In this document: in pieces, positions 29,601-41,600 of the stretch | Position numbering within the stretch: the first letter of the stretch is position 1 | Layout of the letters: each line of letters opens with the position of its first letter | Source: Raillietiella orientalis | Taxonomy: Eukaryota | Direction of reading: 5' to 3' | Length of the DNA: 64,000 bases | NCBI GenBank assembly: GCA_036172245.1 | Contig: JAYWIR010000012.1 | Location: 2,046,001-2,110,000 of the forward strand | The notes under the pieces: generated by a model | What the model was told of the DNA's origin: nothing | Seen by the model: only the letters and a program-made list of their open reading frames with translations | Databases searched by the model: none | Made by a program: the position numbers and the translations under genes

Positions 29601-32600
29601 CGTTAAAGTACGCCTCATATATCATCTTGACATTGGGCACGATGATGCTCTTGACCGCAGACTCCTCCAGGTGCTCCGGTAGGTTGCTGATGGCCACGAG
29701 CGCGGCTTTCTGGAAAGACGCTTTCCTGAGGTTGGGCAACGACCCGCCGAGACGGGGAAGTCCCGACCGTCCGTTTCTTTTGGAGTGCTTCCGTAGGAAG
29801 AGACGCGAATCCCTCGAAACTCGGGACAAGGGGGCTTACACCATGGGTCGGACCCGCGGAAACCCACTTCGGCCTTCGACATCGGGAATGCGCGGCGCGT
29901 GCGCATTCCCGATGTGGGAGGATGCTGCTTGTGCACGTGCAGCACCTCCGCACCGCGTGGGTGGAGCTTCGCGTGCCACCAGGCCTAAGGCATTCCTTCG
30001 TCTCCTCCCTCCCGCGATCCACATGGAGGCAGGAGGGGAAATCTTCGCGTCCTCGTGAACGCCTGCTGCCGTTCGCTTGCACCCTGAACTGCCAGGCCTG
30101 AGACCCGGCAGGTCTAGCGAGATCCGCCTAGCCGGGTCCCCGGAACTGACGCTTGCGAGTTCTTTAACTGACCGCAACGCGGGTCGGAAGACGACCCCGG
30201 ACGCGACGAAGGCGAAAGAGGTGCTCCCTCAGCAACTGCCGGTCCCTGAGTGCCTCTGGCTGAGGCTTCCTGGAGTTTGGAGAAAAGCGAGGGACAGTAG
30301 CCAGGGGATGCTTGCAGGTACACTCGGTGTGGCGACGGCGCGGACCGCTCTGGAGCGACCCACCCGGCTGGCGACCCGAGCGGAGCGGACTGCCAGGCAT
30401 CCTAGCCTTCACGGAGGCTTCCAGCAGGCACCTGCTAAATGAAATTTTCCAGGGATTAAAAGAGACGACCTTGTTGCGTCTGTCACTGCGAGAGTCTTTC
30501 TGGGAACGGAGAACTAGGGAGAAGGGGGGAGGAGCAAGAAAGAAAAAACGGAACTTGTGGATATCTGGAACAGATGCATACGTGACTGCAGGACGCGATC
30601 GCACAGACAGAAAGATCCGATCGTCGTTGTGGCAACCGCTTGCAAAGCCACCTGTAGGAAACGAGCTAAGAAGAACAGATTCCGTGGGGGTCGCGTGGGG
30701 AGGTCACAGGTCCAGCCCCGGAACACTTTTTCGGCAAACCGCGAAACTGGCATTCCCAGGCTCTCTGCAGCGAGGGGACGGGGCGGCGAGGTGAGGTTGC
30801 AGAAGCTTTCCCCTCAGGGAGCAGGAACTGCCGCAAATTCTCACTTTTGTGCCGCCTCAGGCACTCTGATCTTCGGGGAGTGGTCCTGGTTTGTGCTTGC
30901 TCATTTTATCGAACGGTGTCCACCTTCCAAGAGTTCCATGTTGGCTTCGCAACAGTCTGCGCTGCAGCGGGTACCTCAGGCATGGACTCCTGGTTCGTTC
31001 CAGGTCCCTCTTAGGAATGCAGATGGCTCTCGGCTCGACTTTGCAAGTTGGCGACATGAACACTCTCTTCGTTTGTAACCCATAGATCTGTATCTACATC
31101 TACATCTGCATACCTACGTCTACACATCTATATTCAAATATCAACTGCATTAAAATACCAACGTCTACACACCCCATTGGCACAGCAACATCTACACATC
31201 CCCATTAACATACCGAAATCTACGCATCTCCATTAATGTACCAAAACCTATGCATCTTTATTGAAATATCAACGTCTACCCATCTCTACTGGCATAACAG
31301 CGTCTTCACATGTCCATTAAAATATGAACTTCATTGAAAAACAAACATCTACACACCTCAATTAAGATACCAACAATGTACATACCTACATTATATATAC
31401 ATATCCAATGATATTAGGGCAACACTTTTCGTGATGACTTTATGATTTCCCTTTTCTTTGCCATCGGATATCTGGAAGAGGATTGCGGCTTTGTTCTTCC
31501 TAGCGAATCGGTAAGCTCCCCCGGAGGCACCACGTGACTCTCCTCTGATGAGGCAGAAAAGTCCTTCTTCCTCGCAGGCATCCTTGGTTCTCTGAGCCTT
31601 GGTTCCTCGTTGCAGCGGAGGCACGATGAGGCACTGCCGTTCTTCCGCAGTCCCTCTGCTTCCTGGCCTCCAGTTCCCGGTTTCCTTGATGACCCTTGCC
31701 CTTTGTGAGATATACGCGCGTCTCTCCCTCCGGTCCACGATTCCCCTGCTCGCGCTGGCTTGCAGAATCACCAGAAGGCTTGCAAAAATCCGTCTTTTAC
31801 CAACTCGGAAGCTGCTTCGAGACTCGACGGACGATGCGTTTCCTGGATCGCTCCTGTTTCCAGGAGGGATCACTCGGCTTCCACCGGACTCTGCGAAGCC
31901 GCGCGACTACAGCAGGCATCTTTTTTTCCGTTTACAGAGATGGAAGTAACCCCGCTTGCTCTCTCGCTATGGCATACTCCAGCCAACTTTCACTGGTGTC
32001 ACCACTGCCGCCTCGCCGTGGTCGAACCGCTGGCGCCCGAGCCATCCAAGCCTCCGACCTCGCTAGCGGATGGAAACGAGCGCACCACGGAACGTGGGGC
32101 AGGGGGCCGGTCTGCAGGTGGCAGGTGTTGGCGAGAAGCAGAGCTCCGCTCTTCAGATGGTGAGCGACGCCGTGCAGATAGAGAGGCGCGAGAGGTCTTT
32201 GCTGCTGGCTACGACTCAGGTCATCATGAGAGGAAGCGTTGCATTCGCGGCACTTTTCGGCGGAGAACCCTCGTTGCGACTCCTGGTCACCAGAACCGTC
32301 TTGACGACTCGGGCACCCAGATCCCGGGTCCGGCTGCATGGTGCAGGCTCATCGAGCGTGTTTCTGGACTGACGCGGTGTTACAGCAGAGGGTACGCAGC
32401 CTTTTCTACTCTGATGCAGCACCCACAGTGAGTGCAGTGCGCATGAGCACCCGGCAGACTTTCCATGGATGACCCAACGTCCCCCTTCAGTGTCCTCTCT
32501 CATCTCGCCCATGTGCACGCGCTCACGAGAGGACCTGCGGGCCGAAGGCGTGTCTCAGAAGCTTCTAGTGCTCTTTTCCTAAGGAGCAATCATCGGCGGT

Positions 32601-35600
32601 TAGAAGCTGAGTCCTCTATATCTGGGGAATCACTAGGCATGCCTCTGGTGATGCGATATCGACGGAGCCATGCCCGGAGGTTGTTCACGAGGAGTCGTCC
32701 TCCACGTTGGATAGCGGGTCTCGCCGGAGAGGTTGCCAAGCCGCCCTCACGAGGATCCGCGCCGACAGTCAAGGCTCCAGGCGCGTGTTTGCTCCCACGA
32801 ACTCCCCCTCCTACCCTTTCCCGCGCGCACGCATTGCCGCGACCCTCAGCCTGCCGTGTTCCCCGAAGACGACGGAACCCCTAAAGGCAGCGACGGGTGT
32901 GTGCCCCGGCGGCTGAGTGTGGTGGTGGACTCGATGCTTGAGCCCCATCGCGCCTTCAGGGCTGCCCCTCAGCCCATCCCGACTTCCCCTGTCGTCCTGC
33001 TTCCTGCGGCGAACCGATGCCTTTTAGCGGGTCCTGGAGAGCGGCGCGCTGTGACGTCACGTTCGGTTCTGCCCACAGTAGCCGTGCTGCTCACCGCAAC
33101 CAGTCCACCAAAACTCTCGCGGAACCGACAGAGAGAGGTCCAGGGTTCCCGCGAGCCGCCTTTCTCAACCTTCGCTCTGGAGTTCGAGGTCAGGTCGCCC
33201 ACCGGACCTTTCCCGTCGCTCAGCCTTGTTTTTACCTCGGCTTCGGCGATCGCTGGTGGTCCCGGGGAAGGACCCGGGACGAATCAACAGCTTCCGGACA
33301 AGCTGTTGATTCCGGAAAAGGTTCTCTCTGTTCTTTTGTCCTCACGTTCTTTCGTTCTTTTCGTCCTCTTTGTCAGAGTCTCACTCGAGGATCCACGGGG
33401 GCGTCTCCTGGTTCCATCCAGGCCACACGTGGTCCACCAACGTCCGCCTTCGCATCGGTGGATGCTCGGAGGAAGCGTGCCCTCGGGATTGGGCAAGATT
33501 CTGTCCAAGAAAGCCACGAGGATGCTTGCAAGAGCAGAAGTTCGGAGGGATGTGGAGTAGAGGGTGGTGCTTGCTGGCGTCTCCTTGGGAATTCGATGAG
33601 ACCCAGAGTCTAGTGTGCCTTCGACCATCGTCCACCTCGAACTCACGGGGTGCCCCCCGGTGGCGCACTGCGACAGAGTGGGAGGTGGGAGGCAAGGTGT
33701 CGTCTTCGCGAAGGACAGCAGGAGGTGACAGAGAGAGGAGAAGGGGGGAAAGGGGAGGGACTCCTTCTACGAGGCCACTCCCGGTCACGGTGGTGACGAG
33801 GCCGCAGACCGCCATCGCGACGTGACTCTCCTTCTGACTCGCTGTGCCGATCTGTGCGCTCATTCTTGGGCGTCTGTTGCTGCTCCCTGCATCCTCTTCA
33901 GGGGTGGTCGTGCATCTCCGCCAAGGGCTCTCGCGGCGGAAGGGGGAGGAGACTGCTCTGCACAAAACTCACCCGAGGCGGTCGAAGTCGAGCAAGGAAT
34001 GTGCAGAGGCGGTGAGCTGCACATTCCTTGCACTTCGGCTGCCTTGGCGGTGGAGTGGTCCCGGAGAAGGCTTCGATGGAGGTCACGAACGGAGGCCGCG
34101 CAAGCGATCCCCTCCGCCACTGGTGGGAAAACCGAGTGACCCCATGAGAGGAGGTTCACGCGCGCTGGTTGCTTCGCTCGTCCCTTCGTTTTTTCCTCGT
34201 GCCACGAAAGCGCCGCGATGTCAACTCCGCTCGATGGCGGAGGCGGGGTTTCGCTTCCGATGGTCGAAGGAATCGGGGACTTCTCCGTCCCCATAGGAGA
34301 GCAAAGGGCGCGAGCAGGGCGAGCAGGAGGGAGAGAGCTTCAATGTCAACGAAAGGGGAAGTGGTGGCGGAGGAGGGGAGGTGGCGCGTCGACAAGGAGG
34401 CGAAGGACCTGCTAGGGAACTGTTCCTACTGAGCGTCATCCCGCCGAGCTCCTTACACCCCACGCCCTGTCCCACGCTTACCTGAACGTTCACGGGCCCT
34501 TTGTTCAGGTTGAGGTACAGGAAGTTCAGGCAATGCTCTTTCAGATTGTCGTGCTGGTCCGCTTTTATGATGCGGTGGAGGTTCTCCAGCAGTACGATGG
34601 TTGCCTGGACGCTGGCATGAACGGTCAGCAGAGATCTGGAAAGCACGGACTAGTGAAACCCCCCGGGAGATCAAGCGAACATCAAACCGGTCGAACCTCG
34701 TCGATAAAGACGCTTTCGAGCTGCCCCTCGAGTCACCGGATCTCGGGTAGCTGAGTTTCCGCGCGCGCGCGAACCCCCTTCCCTCCCTCGTCCTGCCACG
34801 CCCTACCCACCTTCCGCCTCGCGCTCTTCGCCAACTCCCCCGCCCGTCAGCCACGGTTTCTTCCCTTCTTCGTTCGCTTCCCGCCCCCACCTCCTCGCCG
34901 TCTCCGAGACCGAGGTGCGGTGGCGCCCACCCTTTTCGGATGGCGGCGACGGGGATCCAAATGGCATCCGAGGAAGGGACACCTGGAAGGCGCGAGCGGG
35001 TTTCCAACGGGATGAAATAATGAGAGTCACGAGAAACGTGGTCCCCATGGCGATGACGGGGGATCGCGAGCAGCGGAACCTGCTGGGGAGGCGTAGCGAT
35101 CGCCACAGGGAACGCTGGGAGCGGTCTAGGAAGCTAAGAAGAAATTCCGGGCGTCATGATACGCGCCGAAGTTCGCACGCCTCCCCCTGCCCTGCCAAGG
35201 TCATCTGGATGGGGAAGGTCGGTCCATCGTTCCCGAGGAATCTGGAACCTGCCGAAGATCTCGCAACTCTCCGTAGAGACGCTGTGAAAGTTCCCCACCT
35301 ACTCCTGGACCTTCTCTCTCGAAGGCGGGAACTTCCTCAGGGGGTTCATTTGGAAACTCCGAGTTCCCACCTGGCTGCTACCGGAACTTCCCGGTAGCAC
35401 TGAGGGAGGTGCCCTCCCTGAGCAGGCGCGGCTGAGAGTACTCATTCCCATCGACCCTTATCCCACGGGAAGAGGAGGGGAGGGAAGGAACCCGGTGCTC
35501 CGGACTCCCATCCTACCCCACCCCCGAGCGATAGACGGCCTCCTCCCGCGTACCCAGACTGAGTCCTTCCCTCCTCCGCTTCGAGGGGTTTCCAGTCCCT

Positions 35601-38600
35601 CCAGACGACCATCCCTTCCATCCGATTTCGTGGTCGTTTTCTTGGCTCGCCAACGACGGACCGGGGAAGCTTCATTCCGCCTCCGCTGAGACGCAGCGGG
35701 AGCGTAAGGTGTCCTGCAAAGGAATCCCTCGAAGCGGAAAAGGAAGGGGGGAGGGGATGGATTCCGTCTGATTGCGGCTGTCTCGAGTCTGCAGACCGCC
35801 GCCGCAACGTGCCACCTGTGTCCTCGTTCTTGGGTATCTGCTGCTGCTTTCTGCATGCTCCTGCATCGGATCGAAGGATCAGGAGCGGAGGCAAAAGGGA
35901 AAGAGAGGATCGGGGGGAGGGGGAAAGAGGGAGGTCGGAGGAACTTAAGAAGGGTGTGACCTCTCCTGCTCCGCTGCGTGGAAACCTCTGGAGCTCTCCT
36001 AAGGAGGTTCTGCGACTCCTGTCGATGCTACAAGGAAGATCTCGGGATGGGTGTAGGAGTGAAACAGTCACGGTGAAGAGGAGGAGCAGAAAGAGAGGGA
36101 CCAAAGAGGAACGAACCTTCGAGAGTCTGTTGCCCTTCCGGACATGTCGAGTTTCAGGAACGGAAATTCCTGCCTTGGTGCCCTCTGCGCGCTCGAGCTG
36201 GCACTGTTCGCAGGCGCCCTCCCCTCCCTCCCTGCTCGGCCTTGAAACTCGGCACCTCCGGAAGGGCAACAGACCCTCGAAGGTTGATTCCTCTTTGGTC
36301 CCTCGAACCTTTTTTTTCTGAGCTCTGGAATTTCCCTGGGCTTGCTCCGTCTTGCCCGGAGACCTCGTAAGGGAGTGGTGCCTGCGGGCGGTTTTCACAG
36401 TGCTGGGGAGAGAGGCGGGTAACTAGGCCCCCTCTCCTGTGGCGTGTTGCTGGTGGTCGCATTCGATGGGAGAAACGGGGGCGGGGGTGGGAAGACCCGT
36501 GTTAGTTGCGCCGGGGGCAACCTCCACCAAGCGATCGGAGTGGAATAGCGGCGCCCCTCGCGAAAACGCACCAGACACGCCGCAGGGACGGCCCGAGGTC
36601 GGGTGCAGACGATAGGTCGTCTTGACCAGGAGGAGCCCTGCTCCGGCGCTCGAGGAGCCCGCCGCTACCGAGGGGGCCTTCGATCCCCAGAGGGGGCCCT
36701 CGAGAGCTATCGGGGACCTCTGCTTCCTCCTGAAAGTCATCCGAGCGCCCAGTTTCACGTCGGGAGGGTGCGGATCGAGTCAGAGATCGCAGGGCACCTC
36801 CGTCATCCATGGCGATCACCGCTTCCTGCGCAGGGAAGAGCGAGCGAGAGAGAGGCCGGGATCGTCCTTATCCTGCGGTGGACAAAGAGGACAGCAGTGG
36901 CGCGCGGTCCTCCCGGACTCTGAAACGGGCACCGTTATTAACGCGAGAGCCCTTCCAGGAGGGACCTTCACACCCGTTAAGGGGGAACCCGTTCGGGACG
37001 ACTGACGCTCGCCTACTATAAATCACTACTATGTGATGGCCCCGCTACTATTAGGGAGACGTAGGATGCCCTGAGAAATAGCCTCTCGCCGGGGGAGGCG
37101 GGAGGGATCGTCTGACAGGGGGAGACCCGATCGAAGGTGCGAACGAGGATGCGAACCCGCCAGCGTGCCGGCATACAGCAGAGTCTCGGTGGCGCGCGCC
37201 AGCCGCGTGTCTTCCCCTTCGGCGGATGAGCGCCGCTCCGTTCCGCGAGGCAGAGCTTCCCCGGGAGTGGCTCCTGGACTCGAACGGCAGGAGCTCTTCT
37301 GTCTGAAGACGGGAGATCGCGCCGCTGCGCCCCGGAGAGGCTACCTCTTGGGTTCCGTCTCTTTGGCTTCGCCGAGTGCCGAAGAACCTCCCTCCGCCTT
37401 ACGGGGAGCTCACGAAGCTCTTTGAGAGCCGCTCACTCCACCCGAGAGGACGCACAACTCTTCAAGTCATAGGGTCAAACTCGGAGGGACTGCCCTACGA
37501 ATCCAGGAAGGCTCCGGAGGAGAGAGTCCGTTCGTGTCACGCCTGAGAGGGATGACCGAAGGGAACCTCTTCCTCTCTCTCTCTAGAGGAGCCCCTCAGA
37601 GGAAGAGGGGAGGGCGTTCCTTGTTTCTTCTCCAAAGGAACCTGGAAAGGATCTGCTCCTGGGATTTCCTCTCCGGAGGGACTCCCCGGAAAGGAGACGC
37701 CTCTCGTTTCCTCCTCTGAAGGAAACCCCAAGCGGGTGCTCTCCAGTTTCTTTGAAAGGCTCATCCCTAAGGGAGCAGCCCGTTTCTGACACTCTGGAAG
37801 GGCAAGTATTTGAGGGGAGCACCAGGAGCACTATCCATCCCCTCGCATGGGACGCGATGAAGGGTCCATCCCTCGAGGGAGGAGAGACGGCTCCATTTTC
37901 ACAACCTAAGAGAAACCCCGAAGGGCTCCTTGATGTCCTAGAAGGACCCCGGAGGGTAAACAGCCAATCCAGGACGGTCAACGGGAGCCATCCGGGGCGG
38001 GGTTTCCAGCTTCCACCAGTGCCGCCGCACCCGAAGCCTATGGGCAGAGCAGCGTCACTCTACGGGGTGGGGAGAGGACTCGAAACCCACGACGCCCCCT
38101 CCTCCTTTCTCGGCTCCGGTCCTCGACGCGGGGATTCGAACCCACGAGTGCCGGTACCGCGCGTCGCGACTGCTCGGAAGGAAATAAAGTGGACCGCTCT
38201 CCGGAGCGGTTACCAGAGGAAGATCTCAAGATTGGTCGCAAAATCAAATCAAACGGCGACAGTTTCCGCTGCCGCCGTTCCCCTCCCCCCTCCTCCCCAT
38301 CCCATTCCCATGGAAACTGGAGGGGAAAAAGGAAGGAAGTCTCCGCTCACGTGACGCGCGCAGCGTTAGAACGGGACCGGCCGAGAGGGAGCGACCCATT
38401 GTCCCTGGTGGAAGCGAGCGCATCCTCTCGTCCGCTAATTTTCTCTAATCGCTTCCTGCCTCGTCTATTTATTTATTCATTTATTTATCCCCGCTTCGTT
38501 CGGGAGCGTAGCGGAAGCTGCTCTGTCAGGGAAGGGAGGGGGGGGGTGGATGGCGCTCCGTTCCGCCGCAAGCGAGGATGGGGAGCTCCCCCCTCCCTTC

Positions 38601-41600
38601 CCGCGTTTCCAAAATCAATTTCGCCTGGAAGCGAAACGATTCCCCAAGGACAGAGGAATCCTCCTCCGCCATCCACTGCTTTCCCTGCAAAATTGGCCTA
38701 ATTGAATCACGCAGCTTCCTCGCCTGACCTCAAATTACAAACACATGCAGCGCGCGGCTGATGGGAATCTCAGACAGGGATCGTGGTCTTCATTTCGGGT
38801 TCCGATTTTCCTGAGACCCGAAGAAAGCGGGTCGCGGAGCCCGCGGTAACAAGAAATCAAAACACCGCCGAAAGTTCCATTAATAGAATTTCGGAGCGGT
38901 CCTTCCGAAGAAGCAAGGGAAGAGAGGAGCAGCTCCTGCAGGATGAGAATGTGATGAGAGTCCAATCTGCGAGGCGCCCCCTCCCGGTGCTGAGGCCGCC
39001 ATCCCTCTCCAGCTCCCTTCCCGCCTCTTGGAGGCACCGGTTGTCATCCTTCTCGGTTGCTGAGGAGCGCAAAACCTTCCACTTTCGCTGTTCTTCTTCT
39101 GAAGTTTCCCTCTCTTCTAAGGCGCTGGCTGCCACTTTACATCGCTGGAGATTGGTCGGGAAAGGATCTGGACTTCTGCCCGAAGCATCCTTTGAGGTCT
39201 TCCTCGTCTCCGAAGGTGCCTGCGGTGGCAGGGCACGCCTTTCCTGAGAGTGGGAGTGAGGGTTCGCCAGGGATCCCTGGCACGCGCTTCTGACGTCAAC
39301 CCCGGCGCTCATCTCTTGCGCTCTTCTAAGACCGCGCCCATGGAGCACGCTGTTGCTTTTTCGGCATACCTCCGACCATCTGCTCTTTGCTTGGTCCTTG
39401 TCTCTGCCATTTACGAGATGGGGGATTCTGGCCGCCGACACCGCCGATCACAGCAAGGTGCCATCGCAGCGGGGATGGCATTGGTTCCTCGCGCGCTTTT
39501 GGAGCTAACTGCGAGGTTGGCTCCGAGGCGCACCTCTTGTGCTCGCGGCTGCTTCCAGACCGGTCTGTCTGCAGGTCGCCGGAGACCGCGGTGCAGATCC
39601 CTTCTTGTTTCTGGTGCTTCTCGACAGGTGGAGAATGGCCGATTTAGTCTCGAAGACCTTCCAGGATTCCCGTCCGCCTCTTCCTTGGAGCGGATTTTTT
39701 CGGGGGAAGCAACGCGCCTCTTGCAACGGCGCCCAGAGGACTTCCGAAGCGGCTTCACAGTCCGCACCCTCAAGCCGTGAATGACCTCTCAGTTTCGCGA
39801 GGGGTCGCGCGGCTTTGCAAAGCTGTCGCTTGGCTTCCTATGAGTGGCTCTCCGTCCTTCCCGCGAGAGAAAGAAGAAAGAGGAACGAAGGAAAAGAAAG
39901 AAGAAAAAGAGGAAGAAAGAAGAAGAAGAAGAAAGAGGAAAAAAGGAGAAGAAAGAAGCTGCATCCGAAGGTGTCCCCGTGCGTCGCACTGACGGTGGCC
40001 CTCGGGTGCCCTGAGGTGCCAACTCGATTCCACCTTCGTCCATGAAGATCGCAAGGGGTTTTTGGAGGCATCTCCTGCTAGCGCGGTGCGAGCTGGACGC
40101 CAGAGGGTCGGTGGCATGCGGTGGTAGCTTGACCCTTTTTCTGAGGCCCGTCCATTTTCATCGGACAGAGAGTAAAAGAGGGGACGCGGCGGAGGACCTC
40201 TCCTGCCGCAACGCGCCCGCGAGAGCGCATCAAGCTCCCTCAATCCGCTTCCCACGAGATCCATCGGTGTCTCACTCTTTCCGGATGTCTCTCTCGTCCC
40301 TCCATCCTCGGCGAAGACGGCGCAGCGCGCCGCCCAGTCCTCCTGCTCCGTCCTTGATGGAGTTGCTCCCACCTCACCCAAGTACGACGGGGTACTCGTC
40401 GTATTTCATCGCTGCCCATCCCATCCCCTGGATGCGGATTTATCCAGGAATCGATTCGATCCTCGGGGCTGTCAACTCTTCATCCTCCATCGGATGGAAC
40501 AAGGGAGCGTTCCCTCTTGCGCAAGGAGGGGAGGGATGGGGGGATGGCAGGTGTTTCATTTCTCCCGGCTTATTTTGGGAGAGGCGAGGATAGCCGGCTC
40601 CAACAGGAAGATAAAAGATGGAGGCATTCCGCGCGGATCCCGATAATTCCGTTCGCAGAGGGACCAATTACGAAAGACAGAGAGGTCAGTTCTCCGGAGC
40701 GAGACGGGGACCCTCCGCGTAAGATGCGCGACGTTCGCGCTCTGCCTAAGGTAGAGAGGGAGGGAAGGAAGGGGAAGAGCCCTCCCCGGACGTCGCTTCG
40801 CGGCGGCTGTGGCGCCCGCAGAGACGGGAGGAGGCAGTCCCGCGGAGCCGAACTCGCGGGAGGAAGGCGGCTTTCGGCTCCTCGGGGATTCCGGCAGATG
40901 CGGCGGGAGAGGGAGGCAGCGAATCCGGGAGTCGTCCAGGAAGTGCTCGGGATCTCCCCGATATGCGGGAAGGTACACGACAGCCTCGTCAGCCGCCTCC
41001 CCGGCCGACCTTCTTTCTTTCATCCGGGATCGCCAAGACGCAAGAAAGCGATCGGCAGGGCATTCCTGGAGGCCGCATTCCCGCGCCGTTCCCGATCTTC
41101 CGTCGTTTTCCGGGATCGCTCCCTTTCCGTCCCGCAGGAAGCTCCGGGAAGTGAGAAGGATGATTTCTTCCGGGAAGGATGGCGACCCCAAGTGTGCGCC
41201 ACTTCCGGTAATGGAGGAAGACCTCAAGAGGGTCAGCGTGGCCGGACTAACCGTCAGCCGGATTCCCAGGATCGCCCTCCAAAGGCGGGAACGGCGCACT
41301 CCATTCTGCCCGCCGCCCACTTCCTCGGCTGGTCGTCTGTCCTTGTACAGTCTCTGCCCTCCGTCTCAGGGAGACAGCGCTTCGAGAGGATGCAGGTGTG
41401 TTTCCACCAAGCCCCCCTCCCCCTACTCCCTCGTCCTTGTGGAGGAGAAAGGAGGGGGGACCGGCCACCCCAGAGTGTGGCCGCACCTCTGGCGCCGGTG
41501 GGCTGCCCACGGTCCTGGAGAAGGCAAAGCGACGAGACCGTCGCTGCGATGAGTTGCTGCCGTGACCCCGGCGGGCGCCTCTCCACATGCAGCATCGTCT

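Noticed and set aside
31085..31395. CRISPR-like array
   Set aside because: Units are contiguous and degenerate with no unique spacers, there are no cas genes, and the context is eukaryotic.
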